Shown: piece after piece, positions 1 to 12,529 of the stretch
Numbering within the stretch: position 1 is the first letter of the stretch
How the letters are laid out: each line of letters opens with the position of its first letter
Origin: Fistulifera solaris
Taxonomy: Eukaryota
Reading direction: 5' to 3'
Assembly: GCA_030295235.1 (NCBI GenBank)
Contig: AP026164.1
Location: 620,001-684,000, forward strand
Length of the DNA: 64,000 nt
Made by a program: the position numbers and the translations under genes
Notes under the pieces: generated by a model
Seen by the model: only the letters and a program-made list of their open reading frames with translations
Database searches by the model: none
Told to the model about the DNA's origin: nothing

Positions 1-917
1 TGAATGGCGTGTCCGCAGGGCAAGTCCTGCGGCGATTGTCGAGAGGAAAACATATCTTCTCGACAAACGGGGCAGTTGTTTTTGTATTTGTCTTTTAAGC
101 ATTGATGTGTTTCAAAGACTGTGACGGAAATGCACATGCAGCACTGGTCACAATGACGAAAGGATTCCATTCCGCCCACGCGGCAGAAACCACATTGATC
201 GCAATGGAAGGGCTTTTTACCCTGTATGCAAATGCGTTAGCAACTACAATTTCAACATTTCAAAGTGAGAATTGACCAGTAGTTCTTACCAGTGACATCC
301 ATAGATTACAGATTCCACAATGATATTCTCCGAATATTGTGTGACAACTCGTGCACTGGTTTCTGCAAAAGAAGAGCGAAGAAAGTGTCAGAGAATGGTA
401 ACTTCTTTTCATTTTTATCAATCGATTTTACTTACGTCGCCGCTTGTCTCACGTTACAATTCTTACACACCACCTCACGAATTAAGAAACGATTCAACGG
501 CGGATGACCCGGAGGACTCAATTCATCATGACATATCCGGCAACCGAACACTCGGTTACAGCAAGGGGCTACAATGTTGCAATTTCTCTCGTAATGCACA
601 CACGCCGCACTCGCTTCTTGCGCAGGCAAGACCGGAGCCGGAGCGGGAGTCTGTATCGTGCGATTGCCCGTCATGAGTGACTGAATGCGAAATCGTTTTT
701 CATCCGCACTTAACGAAGTATCGGCCATGACCGCTTGAATAGCACGTCTTCTCGCGACAGCGGCATCTTCTTCTGCTGGAACAGGAGGAGTAGTGACATC
801 ATCCATGTCGTTCCCGTCTTCCATCGCGTCTTCGTCGTCGGAGAGATCATCCTCGTCGTTCGCACTGTGGTCGTCCATATCCATATCTTCGTCGCGAAAG
901 TCGTCGTCGTGATCCAT
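1..917 (-). CDS. CHY zinc finger / RING protein (Pirh2/RCHY1-like), copy A; runs off the window start
   Basis: ORF 432..917 has an acidic N-terminus and a CHY finger (CVHYERNCNIVAPCC...CRICHDE). GT-AG introns at 435..363 and 289..223. The downstream exon reads KKPFHCDQCGFCRVGG...NCPVCREDMF...DLPCGHAIH. Confidence 0.88.
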
Positions 918-1098
918 CTTTCTGTTCGTTTGAAAGAAATGTATGAGAGCAAACTGTGTCGGTAAACAAAGATTCTTTCTGAGTCTTCTTTAGCAAAGAA
1001 GGGTGAATGCGATTACGTTTTTACATAAACCAAACGATGACTGATTTCCTTCATCTGCTGCTGCTGCGTCGATGTGTGACACTGGGGATGACGGCGGC

Positions 1099-1228
1099 GG
1101 GAGACTTCCGTTAGGTCTCCAACCAGGGTGAACCTCTTCCGATAGCTCTCCCGTTAGGAGAGACGTTAACTGACTACATTCAACTTTACAGTAGAGTACG
1201 CGCCATTGGATGTGGTACTAATTACTTA
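1099..1228 (+). repeat. Left TIR of the MULE (130 bp)
   Basis: GGGAGACTTCCGTTAGG...GTACTAATTACTTA is the exact reverse complement of 6816-6945. Confidence 0.95.
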
Positions 1229-1321
1229 GAATCTACTTAGGTTGCTCGATAAAGTAACAAAGCCTTATGAATGACAGTCCCGGATGATTCATGAATCACC
1301 CCTCTAAGATAACCAAATCCT

Positions 1322-1474
1322 CAATAAACAATAGTCAGCGAGCGCGACCGCTCTTGATAAAGAAAAAGTCAGCGAGCGCGACCGCTCTCAATTGTCAATA
1401 AAGAAAAACCAGCCTACGTGACCCTGATGCAGCGAGCGACCTTCCAATAAAGAAAAACCCAGCCTACGTGACCT
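1322..1474 (+). repeat. Subterminal direct repeats of the MULE
   Basis: Two copies of AGTCAGCGAGCGCGACCGCTCT and two of CAATAAAGAAAAA(A)CC(C)AGCCTACGTGACC. Confidence 0.8.
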
Positions 1475-1592
1475 TCCACCGATCAAGGCTTTCGTCGAAA
1501 ACTACTTCGTGTAAATAATCAAAACCCAATCTACACAATTTCAGTTTCAAACTAGACTTGGTTGATTAATATCACACATTACTCTATACGTG

Positions 1593-2340
1593 TCATTCAG
1601 CCAATTGAAACATAACATCAAATACAAAAGGTCGGAGATCATCTCCGACTCCAATCTCCGAAATAGAGTCAAGGAACCATGTCCTCTCATTGAGGGCACG
1701 TCGACCATGTTTCAGAATTGTCGCCGCATAAAAACATACATATGGTCCGCAACTATGGCCATCATGTTGCAATAGTTTATTGGGAAGACGCATTTCTTGG
1801 TATTCCCACGGTAATCGGGTAATGTTGATTCCTGCTGCTCGCTTGTTGACGGCATTCTAATTGCTGCCTCACCGCACGCAATTTAAATAAACCTGAAAGC
1901 CAGACAGCATTAGAGTAGTGATCGTCCGGATCTTCGAGGGAGTCGAGCGAATAAATAACTCGATTATCGGCATCAACCACCATCAACCACCAGTGCCTCT
2001 CCTTGCACATAGGGAATAAATGAATGCCCAAATTGTTCGATTTTGTCATAGAATTCAATGCCACAAACGCTGAACTAAGCTGCAGTCTACCCTCTCTCTT
2101 AATATTTTGGTTGGCGGAATCCCACAGATTACTCATGACATCTGACGGGTGTGCAATAACTCCCTCATCCGTTCACGGTCTTGCTTGTTATGCTTTCAAG
2201 GAAACTGTTCACAATCGCGTCATTGAAATAACATTGCGAGTTCATAATTTCAAGGCATTCACTGGTTATGGATGCCGTGGCACCACTAGCACCTTGATAT
2301 GATGCTTCTTTCCCTCTTCAGGTCGTGACGACTCCGCGAC
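1593..2340 (-). pseudogene. Ulp1/SENP-like (peptidase C48) domain inside the MULE, split across frames
   Basis: In order: YFNDAIVNSFL (the xLNDxIIN motif, ~2230-2195), HWWLMVVD...IYSLDSL (His, Asp; ORF 1777..2136), and QHDGHSCGPYVC (Gln, Cys; ORF 1593..1793). Confidence 0.78.
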
Positions 2341-2501
2341 CTTTATCAACGCCCTTTGCACTGGATTGCAAAAAGGAGTGACCGAAGAGATCCCCTGGCA
2401 TCTTCTTTGTTGTAAATCAGATCGTTTCCATTCTTTCTTGTCCCTACAGTGATAAATGATTCTATTCCACTTCTTTCCTTTTGCTGTCTCTGCAAGAGTA
2501 T

Positions 2502-3852
2502 TCAGCGCACGTGGATTGCAATATTGTTCTCACTCACAAGTCCTCGCTGGTTTGCGCCCTTGCGTTTTCGGGTTGAAGCCCTTCTTTTCATCGTTAAATC
2601 ATTTGTTTCCGTTTCCGTAAATGATTCTGGAATATCAAACTCGTGTTCTTGAACCAAACAATTTAATTGCTCAATGGTTCCCACAAATGGATAAGCTGTG
2701 TCGTAAAAATAGGATACGATCTTTGATGGTTCATCAGTAATGACTGGGGGTTGCAAAGGGGCTACTCCAATTTGCCTTACTTGTTGTCGACGTAATGAAA
2801 ATTGATTTTCATTTCTGGGATCTACAATCTTACGTCTCAGGTCGAAGGGTGTTCTCAAGAATTGTGATGAGGTCCCACTAGTGGCAGTAGCGGGACTTGT
2901 TATAGCTCTACGAGTTCTTCTGGTTTTCGGAATACCCACTGAAAATGAACTTGAGAGCTTCATTTTGTGCCAAGTTCTTTCTTAGCAGATCTAGCGGCAT
3001 TTTCAGGAAATGCGACGAATCGTCACTGAGATTACCGGATTTGGCGGGACTTGCATTCTTCTTTTGGATGTCTAATCGCCTTTTAAATACATGTGATGAA
3101 TCGTCACTAGCAGACGTGGGCGGGACTTGCATTAGTGGGTTCTGTCTTCGGTATCTTTATAATCATATCTTCAGGAATCGTGATACTTCGGTTGTTGGAC
3201 TGTTTGAATGAGATCTTGGCAGTGCTCTCAGATTACCCCTCTTCATAGTTGGCATCTCAACTATGGAAGAAACTGCTGTGGCGGGACTTCCTGCTTTTGC
3301 TTCTGCAATCGGTGGCGGTTTCAACTTCTTTTTTACGGGCATGAGTCGGGCCTTTGGCTCTGGAATTTGCTGTCAGTTTCGATCTTTTCCTTTTTTGTGT
3401 TGTATTCTCATTCATTGAAGACTTCGATAGTCAAGGCATGAGCTCTGATATCAGGTGGTGGCTTCAGATTTTGACTCTTCATGGTCGGCCTCTCAAAGAT
3501 TGACGAATCAGTTGTGGCGGGACTTGTTCCTTCAGCTTTTTGATTTGGTGGCTGTTTCGGCCGTTTCCTCTTTCTCGTTGCCATTTTGACTAATGAAAAA
3601 TCTGTTGTTGCTGGACTGGAAGCACAAGCTGTTGTGGTCGGGCGGTGGTTTCAAATTCGGTCTGGATGCGGTCGCTGTCTTCAATATCGATGACTTTGCG
3701 GTAGATGGACTTGCCTTCTGCGCTTTTAAATTCGTTACTTGTTTGGATCTCCTCTTTGTTCTAGTTGTTGGCATTTCATTTACTGAATATTCTGTTGTTC
3801 GCGGGACTTGAGGCAAAAGCATTATGTGCGGTGCTTGGTTCCACATCTTCAT
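2502..3852 (-). other. Fragmented low-complexity Ser/Lys/Thr-rich reading frames with internal repeats, inside the MULE
   Basis: ORFs 3532..3852, 2908..3132 and 2502..2963. GCGGGACTT recurs on the + strand (~2890, 3043, 3120, 3281, 3517, 3801), encoding SPA/VPP and SDDSSH-type units. Confidence 0.5.
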
Positions 3853-3905
3853 CCTCTAGAATTGTCGACAGATGACCCGAGTGTGCACTGTTCAGACGGG
3901 AATCG

Positions 3906-6750
3906 TCATGGATGCCTACCCTCGACATCATCAACCATGGTCAATTCTTGTTCGTGACTTCTTCTTTCCGTGTAATCCTTGTCACGAATAATTACTACAA
4001 TATCTCGGTTACTACCTGACGGAGCAAGGTCCATATCCAGAAGATAGTTATTTTCGTTGTCGTCTTCAGCGTGAATTTCTGCAGCGTCTTCTCCAGTAAG
4101 CTTTAAAATCCGTGACTGGACAATGGCATTGGCTGCATCAGAGTCTTCTACTAAGCCAATCTTGTCAATATTGTGAAGGCCATGTCCTCCGGAGGTATCA
4201 TCGTTGTCCAAATCTTCAGAAGTAATTCCTGCATCCATGTCAATGACGCATGTTGGGAAATGGTTGACCAGAATTGCGCCAGTTTCAAGTAATGCAGGAT
4301 CCATGTACCTTCGATCATCTTTGAGGTAGTCCAGACACTGTCGAATTGTGTGATTCGGTGATCTGCAGTGAAAGCAGTGCCGAGGTAAGGGCTTGCCGTC
4401 TCTACGTTCGTCAAGAGTTGATTCTAGCTGTTGCATGTGTTCCGCCTTTGGTTTGGTCCCAAAATCAAACAGACCATCGGCGGCAATCGCTTCTGCTATT
4501 GCATCGTTATTTCGACTGAGCTTGTTCTTTGAACTTGGCTCATACTCCTTTGTCATTCGTGCTGATTCCAGCGCCCGATTGCTTCTTTTTCTTTGACTTA
4601 CGTGGTCCCGGTTCACCATTACTGATTATTCTGTTCCCCGAGTTAAGCTTGTCAGTGTAAGTTGGTGATGGATAAATGTTTTCTGATTGATAAGCAAGCT
4701 TGATATCCCCAAATCCCGGACGTCAAGTCGCTCGGATAGTTGTTAAGAAACTCTGTAAGGAAGCCGGCGATCACCACTTGTCGGAACTTTTCCAAACTCT
4801 TCGTAGAATTGCGAAAACACAGAGGGTGGGATTGAGGGCCAAGTTGAGGATCTTGTCACGTGAAACAAGGTTGATGTGGCCGCGGTAGATTTCCCGCATC
4901 GCTGTTCTACTGCAGGAGCAGTACAGGGACGGAGTGCTCGTGGGTTCATAAGTAACATACTCCGTCTTCTTGTGCTTTTCAGCGTACAATTTGAATTTCA
5001 AACTGCCATCGGGGCATCCTTCAGCATCCTCTATTACAAAATCTAGATCTTCATTGCCTGTATCTTGCAAGCTTCGAAAGTATATGGTGAGGAACCTAGC
5101 AGATTTGGTTGTTATTTCATCTCGAAATTGTCGAAGAGATTCGGCAGCCATCAAAAAGTTAGAAATGGCTAGTGGAGGGGTATTAGTCCTCACTTCATGA
5201 TGTAGAAGCCACTGCTGGGCCGATTCGACATGATTTGTTGAACAGAAACCATATAAAGGGAACTTGTTTCCAACTGGCACGTGATCGTTGAGCAACCACC
5301 TCCATTCGTCGACGTCTCCACTTATCTCTGTGAAGCCATTCACTTCAGCTAGATAGGTAAAATATAGGGGCTCCCACATAGATTCATGTTGACTCGGTGT
5401 ATTTCCAAACACAGTCCAATGAGTAGGATGAATTGTCCCAAGAACATAGATAACAATTCGCGCACCGGTACTAAGAGTTTCGTTTTTCTTCAATTTGTGG
5501 AAGCGCTTTGACAAGCTTCTTCGCAGCATCCAAGAAGGCGTTAACATCTGGAGGCGCTTTGCATCTCATAAACCAAGCGACCGCTCTGCCCTCTCAGCGA
5601 TCGTTGATTGATATTGAATAGATGGTAAATGTTTGAAGAATATGAATCAAGCAATACTTCACGGAAACAACCAGTCCATAATGTTCTGCCAACGCTCGGA
5701 CAGCGGCGAGAATGTGTCCTCGGTCAGTGAATACTGGAAACTCTTCGAAATTGAACCCAGCTTGATACATCATGAGAAGGATATATATCATCCCTTGCTT
5801 GTTTTCCGAGGGAATCAACCCAAAACCAAGTGGAATGTTACTTCCATTTCCATCGACCCCTATGATCGGGACTCCAATTCCATCGTGTTCGGGTATACGG
5901 ATGTGTGTTCCGTCTAAAAGATTGCAGGAATGCAGGCATTTCTAAAGAAGTGCGCGGCATTCTCAATGAACACAGTTGACCGAAAAAAGCATGAGTTCTG
6001 GTCAGTTTCTAAATTGACGGAGGCATTTGGATTTAGCTCGACATATTTCCGAAGATACTGGGCCAACAGCTCATTGTACATCAACAAATCCTTTCGGTAG
6101 ACCTCACGGAAGTGTTTCTTGAGATTTGAATGCATTGTCGGGCCAACTTCGATGTCGAAACCCTCTTTCCTGAGGACGGCGTTGAGATTCTTGCGAGTAG
6201 CATGACTGTCGAAGTTTGGTGCCTGGAAGCATGTTTTGAAGAAGTCTTGAACAGCAGGAATGTTCTGCACTATCATTGATTTTCTGCGGCAGTCCTTTGG
6301 GAGGTCGTTTGTTGGAGTGCAAAACAAACTGTGCCTGAAGTTAGTACTAGGATGGTCGTGTAGCAATCGAAGTTCGCCGTTTTCTTCCTTGAACTTAAGT
6401 GAGAACGTTTTGCAGCAAGTGCACACGTAGCAAGGGCTTTCTCCGTGCTTGCTGACATCTCGTAAGAGCTTTCGATCGCATTACACAAAAGCGATGCTGC
6501 GGAGAAGCTCCTCGTGATCATCCTCAGGGATCGGTTTGTCATAGAGAAACTTTTCAAAATCATACGGACCGGTTGGAGGAAGTGCCCCATATTTTTGCAT
6601 AATCGTGACGAATGATCGTCGCTCCTTCGTTTCAATGATCGACATGTTAATGTTGTAAAAGAGCAACAGTAGGAACGGAAGGGCAACTATGACAATAAGG
6701 AATGCAGCGTTCTGATCATCTTGTCGGCAGTCGGAACGGAACAAACGCAC
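3906..6750 (-). pseudogene. MULE (MuDR-like) transposase, frameshifted as assembled
   Basis: C-x-C...H-x-x-x-C N-terminal region (ORF 5914..6426). After a frameshift near 5915: DGTH...GVDGNGSNIPLGFGLIPSEN, then TDRG and YCLIH (ORF 5594..5818), STNHVES and a degenerate SWIM CSCS...H (ORF 4771..5547), and a CCHC knuckle CFHCRSPNHTIRQC (ORF 3906..4619). Confidence 0.87.
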
Positions 6751-6815
6751 AACGCGAACGATTGTGCGGTTATTGTGCGTGACCTAAGTAGAACTAATGA
6801 TGGATGGAAGGCCTT

Positions 6816-6945
6816 TAAGTAATTAGTACCACATCCAATGGCGCGTACTCTACTGTAAAGTTGAATGTAGTCAGTTAACGTCTCTCCTAACGGGAGAGCT
6901 ATCGGAAGAGGTTCACCCTGGTTGGAGACCTAACGGAAGTCTCCC
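6816..6945 (-). repeat. Right TIR of the MULE (130 bp)
   Basis: Exact inverted copy of 1099-1228, followed by the TSD GACGGCGGC. Confidence 0.95.
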
Positions 6946-7325
6946 GACGGCGGCGCGGCGCGGAGTGAGTAAACCGATTTCCAGATACAAGGCACGGTAC
7001 TTGTAATGACTTTCTTGTCAATCATGTATGACGTATTAAAAGTGAATCATCATTTGTTTGTATTGATAACTTTGACCTCACAGATCCACAGATTTTCCAG
7101 GCACGTGAAATCACCACACACCCAGATTTTCTGGGGACGTGATAAAAAGGATTAACACAACGCCACACGCACAGATTTACTTGTATTTGTAGGAAGCACA
7201 ATTTCTGAGACCCCTATCACCTATCACAGCACATTACTCCTACTTTTCGTCGTTATTATTACAGAGTAGAAGTTAAAATACCAAAAAGAAATATAAAGAA
7301 CTTCTTTTAAGTATGGTCCTTCAAA

Positions 7326-9674
7326 ATGATCCGAGCCAGCAACTTCTGTCGCTCTAGTGAAGAATTCAATGTGCAGCTCGTGTTGCACGAGGGAAACTGC
7401 GAGCCACAATCGTCGTTGGTTTCGTGGAGAGTTTTGCGACGCCTTTCTCGGCTGACTGGAACTCGGGTAACGCTGTCATGTCCTGCTACGAAAAAGTGTA
7501 TTCATACAAGGCTCGTACTCGCGGAGGATGACACAGATGATACATCAGTTGACGAGGAAAATCTAGTCGTTCGGGCGAATGTGTTAACCGCTTCCAACTT
7601 GTTGTCGGGGACACCGATCAGCCAGATTCACAATGTCAGATGCATACTCAACACGCTATCCAATGATGAAGATTTACCCACTGCTAAATGCATTACGTTA
7701 CGGATATGGGGTATTCCACTGCCACCTCCAAGGTTAACCTATTCGCCTCCGAAAGAAAATTTCCCGTTGCCTGCCCGCAAAACTCTGCTACAGAAGGATA
7801 TCTTGATAGCCGCTCGGCAAGGCGATAACATTTGCATTTACGAAGTGATAGATATAGATTGCAATGAAAATGGCAGTATCATGGCGTACGAAACGTCGTC
7901 AGATACCTCCTTCCGGATAGAGATGGCTGAACACAAATTAGCATGCCCACATTTACCGCCATTGAAAGCAACGTGCCACCTCTTTACAGCAACAACCAGC
8001 TCTCTTCCGCCACATCCCGATACTTCCGTATTGATTGAAGCGCTGTCACTACCGATACACTCTTCTCCTCAAGAACGTGTACTGCACGTGCGCGGCGAAT
8101 TGCAAAATGTTACGGAAGCGGTTCACGTTGCAGCGGATCGTTTGGGACGGCGACTGGTACCAGTTCGAGGACTCGCGTTTTACGCTCATTTTCACGGCCG
8201 CGTCAAAAATCCGACGGGCTCCTTGGTAGACAAGTTGATCGGGTTAGAAGTTGCTTTGGAGCAAGCTTTGTATCACGCACCGGCCGTATTGCTGTTGCAG
8301 GATTTGGATAAAGAACTTTCTATACAAGATCGTGAATTACAAGAAGACGAAGAAAGTAGAATTTTGTCGATACTCATGGACTACTTAAAGCCCTCGTCGA
8401 ACTCAAACTTTCGAAACGGAAAAGGATCTAATACGCCACCGATACTTGTCGTGCTCAGTTCCGAGAAAAAATTAAAGTCGGGCCCACTGACACGCAATAT
8501 AGTTCACCCGTCCGTTGTTTGCTCTATTCCGGACGCAAATTACATCAAGTATTTGTGGAAACAGCACATAAAAGATATCCCAGTAACTGAGCTGTTATGC
8601 GAGATTCTGTCGGGACGAACCCGAGAACAAGTTTGTCGAATTCTACAAAATGTACAGCGCCAGCTAAGCCCTGACGTTGCCGACCTCATTGCTTTGCTCC
8701 GTGAAATTTGCGAAGAACACGACAATAAAACGAAGCTATCCAGTATGGCCAAAATTCCAAAGGTGCATTGGGAAGATGTTGGTGGACTGTCTCATGTCCG
8801 CAGCGAAATCATGGAAGCAATTGAACTCCCTCTGCAGCATCCGAACCTATTCCCTCCTTCCACACGGTCTGGAATTTTGCTCTATGGTCCTCCGGGAACA
8901 GGGAAAACGCTCGTAGCCAAAGCCGTTGCAACGGAATGCAAGTTACCGTTTCTTTCGGTAAAAGGACCTGAATTACTTGGAAGCTACATTGGAGAAAGCG
9001 AAGGGAACGTTCGAGAAGTTTTCGCACAAGCTCGGACTTGCGCTCGTCAAAACAAGCCTCCTGCATGCATTCTCTTCTTTGATGAACTGGATAGTTTGGC
9101 GCCTCGCCGCGGAGAGCAAGCCAGTGGCGGAAATGTCATGGATCGCGTTGTCGCTACCTTTTTCGGCGAGCTTGATAAGGACGCAAAGGATTGCTCGATA
9201 TTTGTGATGGGAGCGACGAATCGACCCGACTTATTGGATCCGTCTCTTTTGCGTCCCGGTCGCTTCGACCGTCTCGTGTACTTGGGGATCTTTCCTGAAG
9301 ATCGAGCGCAAATCTTAGCCGCGCAGATTAGGAAATTGAATCTTAAGGATGAACCGCATGTTCTCGCAAAGTTTGTGGTGGACAAGCTACCGAATAATTT
9401 GACGGGAGCGGACTTGTCGACCATTGCGACGGGGGCGCAGCTCTTGGCTACGGAACGACTATGTGCGGAAGCGGAGAATGAATTCCAGATGCAGCAAGCA
9501 AATGGTAACAGTGAGCTGACTATGGACCAGCTTCTAGAATCTTGGAATGAAGAGCGTTTAGTACCGACTGTAACACTTGATGATTTAATCCAGGCTTCGG
9601 AAAAGGTGGTACCCAGCGTCAGTGAAGCTGACTTAAAACGTTATGAACTTCTGAGGGATCAGTTCCGAAGGTAA
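7326..9674 (+). CDS. PEX6: Peroxisome biogenesis AAA ATPase Peroxin-6
   Basis: Degenerate D1 plus conserved D2: [65 protein letters not shown]...VMDRVV, and C-terminal PSVS..DL.RY. Confidence 0.9.
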   Translation: MIRASNFCRSSEEFNVQLVLHEGNCEPQSSLVSWRVLRRLSRLTGTRVTLSCPATKKCIHTRLVLAEDDTDDTSVDEENLVVRANVLTASNLLSGTPISQIHNVRCILNTLSNDEDLPTAKCITLRIWGIPLPPPRLTYSPPKENFPLPARKTLLQKDILIAARQGDNICIYEVIDIDCNENGSIMAYETSSDTSFRIEMAEHKLACPHLPPLKATCHLFTATTSSLPPHPDTSVLIEALSLPIHSSPQERVLHVRGELQNVTEAVHVAADRLGRRLVPVRGLAFYAHFHGRVKNPTGSLVDKLIGLEVALEQALYHAPAVLLLQDLDKELSIQDRELQEDEESRILSILMDYLKPSSNSNFRNGKGSNTPPILVVLSSEKKLKSGPLTRNIVHPSVVCSIPDANYIKYLWKQHIKDIPVTELLCEILSGRTREQVCRILQNVQRQLSPDVADLIALLREICEEHDNKTKLSSMAKIPKVHWEDVGGLSHVRSEIMEAIELPLQHPNLFPPSTRSGILLYGPPGTGKTLVAKAVATECKLPFLSVKGPELLGSYIGESEGNVREVFAQARTCARQNKPPACILFFDELDSLAPRRGEQASGGNVMDRVVATFFGELDKDAKDCSIFVMGATNRPDLLDPSLLRPGRFDRLVYLGIFPEDRAQILAAQIRKLNLKDEPHVLAKFVVDKLPNNLTGADLSTIATGAQLLATERLCAEAENEFQMQQANGNSELTMDQLLESWNEERLVPTVTLDDLIQASEKVVPSVSEADLKRYELLRDQFRR

Positions 9675-10156
9675 AAGGGATATTGAGATCCGACTGCGTT
9701 AGCAACAATCGCAAATGAACTTACCAGGTAAAATTCTTTGTGATCATTCAATCATTGTCGTCCATATTACCACGCCTGCATTTCAGTCATCTATTATAAG
9801 CGACAATGGTACCTGCACTTCGTTTGTTTCAGCACACTTTCTTGAGCTATATTTAACATTGTTGCGATGCAATAGACCTGAGCAGCGTTTGTAGTACACA
9901 CAGTTGTATTTTTACGTCGAAAAGCTTTGCAAAACATTGCCTGCCTTAGTTTACTATAGACCAAAGTGTTGTCTGTTTTTTGCCACGATTGCACTTCGAT
10001 CATGAGTGAATTTTCCCACCAAACTTCCGCCCCAACAGCTTGAACCAAAACAAAATCGGTTGACGACTCAGAAAAGAAGAAAAGCATTCTTCTCTTTCAA
10101 ATGATTACGCCTTGACATAGTTGCGACTTGACAGAATCGCATCCAAACAAGAAAAG

Positions 10157-12001
10157 ATGCTTACTATAGCCTTGTTGTTGTCACTATTTCCTCTTTTGAG
10201 TCACGGCGCAACAGACTTCATTCCTTGCTCGGCTTCATGCAATGGAGGAGATCTGAATTATGAACTCGTTGCGAATGTACGCAGCATGAAGCTGCTGAAT
10301 TACACCTACCGCGGCAGGACTTTTTTCTACGGAAGGATCCGATTCGTACTTGGGTCCGACGATGCGTGTGAAACCGGGTCAAACGCTCTGGATCAAGTTA
10401 ACGAATCAGATGCACGAGCCCGTCGGTCCGACTCGAGTAACGGTCGAGGATTACTGGAATATGTTACAAAAACCAGGCGAAAAGATCAAATATCAATATT
10501 ACAAAAAGCAGTCGCCAATGCATCCTTAATGACGGTCGATTTCCCGAACATTCCGTCGCACTTTGACGCCACCAATCTGCATCTGCACGGTCTAGACATT
10601 GAAGTACACATGTTTGATCCAGTCAATACACACAATCCCGATGCACCTCACATCGCGATCCATCCCGGCGAATGTTACTGTTACCGTTTCACGATTCCCG
10701 AGCATCATCCAGCCGGTATGTACTGGTATCACCCGCATCTCCACGGATCATCGGCGGTGCAAATGTGGGGCGGAATGTTTGGACTGCTGTATGTAGACGG
10801 TCCTTTGGAAGACGAACTGGCCGCTTATGGTATCACCAACACACAGGAGTTTGTGATTTGGGATCCGGCTTTCAAAGCAGTCGATAAACCGACGCACAAC
10901 ATTGAAGTGGATGAGTTTCTCATGGGACAAACGACGCTTTCCAAGATTCATCCCTTTTTGGTAAACGGAAAAATGACCCCGAACTTTGACATTGGAGTGA
11001 ATGAAGTTTTGCATCTACGATCGTTGTGTGCAACGACAGAGAATGAAAATACATTTATTATTTACAGGGAAGGTGAAGAAGATCTTCCCTGGGACGAAGC
11101 GTCGTTCCCTTTCTGGATCATTGGCAGCGACGGTGTCATGTACAGGAAGCCCGTTCAGAAGAACATTATTGTCATGGCTGGCGGGCAGCGCACTGAAATT
11201 CTTATTCAGTTGGAAGAACCGGGCAAGTATGTAATCAGTCAACAAGGAATTCAAGGCATGCAATTCTTCGACATGTACGGACACCCTCATGACCAAATAT
11301 TGGCTACCATTACGGTGGAAGAACGTCCGGGTGTTCAGACCCCGATCATTCCCATCTCAGAGATGGTCTTTACACCAGGATACAAGGAAGAAGAGTCTAT
11401 CCAAGCTCATGACATTGTTGCAACAGAGTCAATTGTGTTTTCCATGGGCGCGAACCGGAATCAGGCTCCCTTTCCGCAATATTATGTGAACGGAGAGCCG
11501 TTTGATCCCAACCGCATTGACTTTACGGCGCACCCGGGAGAAGCGCGCGAATACATATTAATCAATGCGAATCACAACGTGCACCCGTTCCACATTCACG
11601 TGAATCGATTTCAAGTCAAAGAGATGGGATCCGAGCTGTCCATAGAAAAATATCCCGCTCTCAAAGCTGTCATGGACTTTGAGCCCGATGTTTGGCGTGA
11701 TACGGTAGTGGTCCCACCCAACGGTAGAACGCGCATTTGGGTACAGTACAAGAACTACACAGGGAAAACGGTTCTTCATTGTCATTTCCTGGCGCATGAA
11801 GACACAGGAATGATGTCAACTGTCTTTATTGGGCCTCAAGATTTTGTATTTCGGTGGAAGGATCATCAACAGGCTTTCGTGGGTTTAGGAATAGGTTTCG
11901 TCGTTGCTTTGCTTCTAGTTTTCGTGTTCCCCAAGAAGGAGCAAGCACCGGCCTACGAGCCTGTGGCCATGAATCAACTGAAATCCAAAGTTATGGATTG
12001 A
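10157..12001 (+). CDS. Type I membrane multicopper oxidase (laccase/ferroxidase-like)
   Basis: Signal peptide MLTIALLLSLFPLLSHG. Cu motifs HLHG, WYHPH, HPFHIH and HCHFLAHEDTGMM. C-terminal TM helix and short tail. Confidence 0.9.
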   Translation: MLTIALLLSLFPLLSHGATDFIPCSASCNGGDLNYELVANVRSMKLLNYTYRGRTFFYGRIRFVLGSDDACETGSNALDQVNESDARARRSDSSNGRGLLEYVTKTRRKDQISILQKAVANASLMTVDFPNIPSHFDATNLHLHGLDIEVHMFDPVNTHNPDAPHIAIHPGECYCYRFTIPEHHPAGMYWYHPHLHGSSAVQMWGGMFGLLYVDGPLEDELAAYGITNTQEFVIWDPAFKAVDKPTHNIEVDEFLMGQTTLSKIHPFLVNGKMTPNFDIGVNEVLHLRSLCATTENENTFIIYREGEEDLPWDEASFPFWIIGSDGVMYRKPVQKNIIVMAGGQRTEILIQLEEPGKYVISQQGIQGMQFFDMYGHPHDQILATITVEERPGVQTPIIPISEMVFTPGYKEEESIQAHDIVATESIVFSMGANRNQAPFPQYYVNGEPFDPNRIDFTAHPGEAREYILINANHNVHPFHIHVNRFQVKEMGSELSIEKYPALKAVMDFEPDVWRDTVVVPPNGRTRIWVQYKNYTGKTVLHCHFLAHEDTGMMSTVFIGPQDFVFRWKDHQQAFVGLGIGFVVALLLVFVFPKKEQAPAYEPVAMNQLKSKVMD

Positions 12002-12529
12002 CGAAAGTTGACAATCGACCATGATCTTACACCTAGTTTGTAATTGTAATGGGGAGAGATTGTCACAAAAGCTGCAACTTCATTCAATTTAACTGCAAAT
12101 GCAAAGTTTCAAAGTTTGCCCTAGATTGCGGGGACTATTCGTATAAAATGTTTTTCGTTTAGCCTTCGATCTTCGATGGCCTTCGTACTCGTACTTCGTA
12201 TAGAAGAAGGAAAATGGAACACATAGAGCGAAACGAAGAAACAAGGAAAAATAGAAAATGGTTTAGTATAGGAGATAGAAACAGGAAAGGATTGAAGAAT
12301 GCCCATTGCTGAAAAGTATCAGTTGTAAAGTACAGGGACATTTGCCATCTGTACATTTCAACCGAGCTGATTTCTTCGTTTCCGATTATTGTGGACCATA
12401 GTTCATTGGCGAAAAATCATCAGCACTTTATTATCGCGACCGCAAAGGATTTGCTAAGATCACAAAAAAAAGAAACTTTCTTGATGTATGTTGTCGAAGT
12501 AATCAACCGCTGAGAAGCATAATAATAGA

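Larger units (their letters stand above)
1099..6945 (-). mobile_element. Mutator-like (MULE) DNA transposon, 5,847 bp, with transposase and Ulp1-like protease
   Basis: Perfect 130-bp terminal inverted repeats and a 9-bp target-site duplication GACGGCGGC (1090-1098 and 6946-6954). Internal MULE DDE and SWIM motifs. Confidence 0.95.

Noticed and set aside
1322..1474. CRISPR-like array
   Set aside because: Only 2+2 irregular repeats within a eukaryotic transposon end, with no spacers or cas genes.
3906..4619. Retroelement Gag because of the CCHC knuckle
   Set aside because: It lies downstream of SWIM within the MULE TIRs, where zinc knuckles are common. There is no RT, integrase or LTR.
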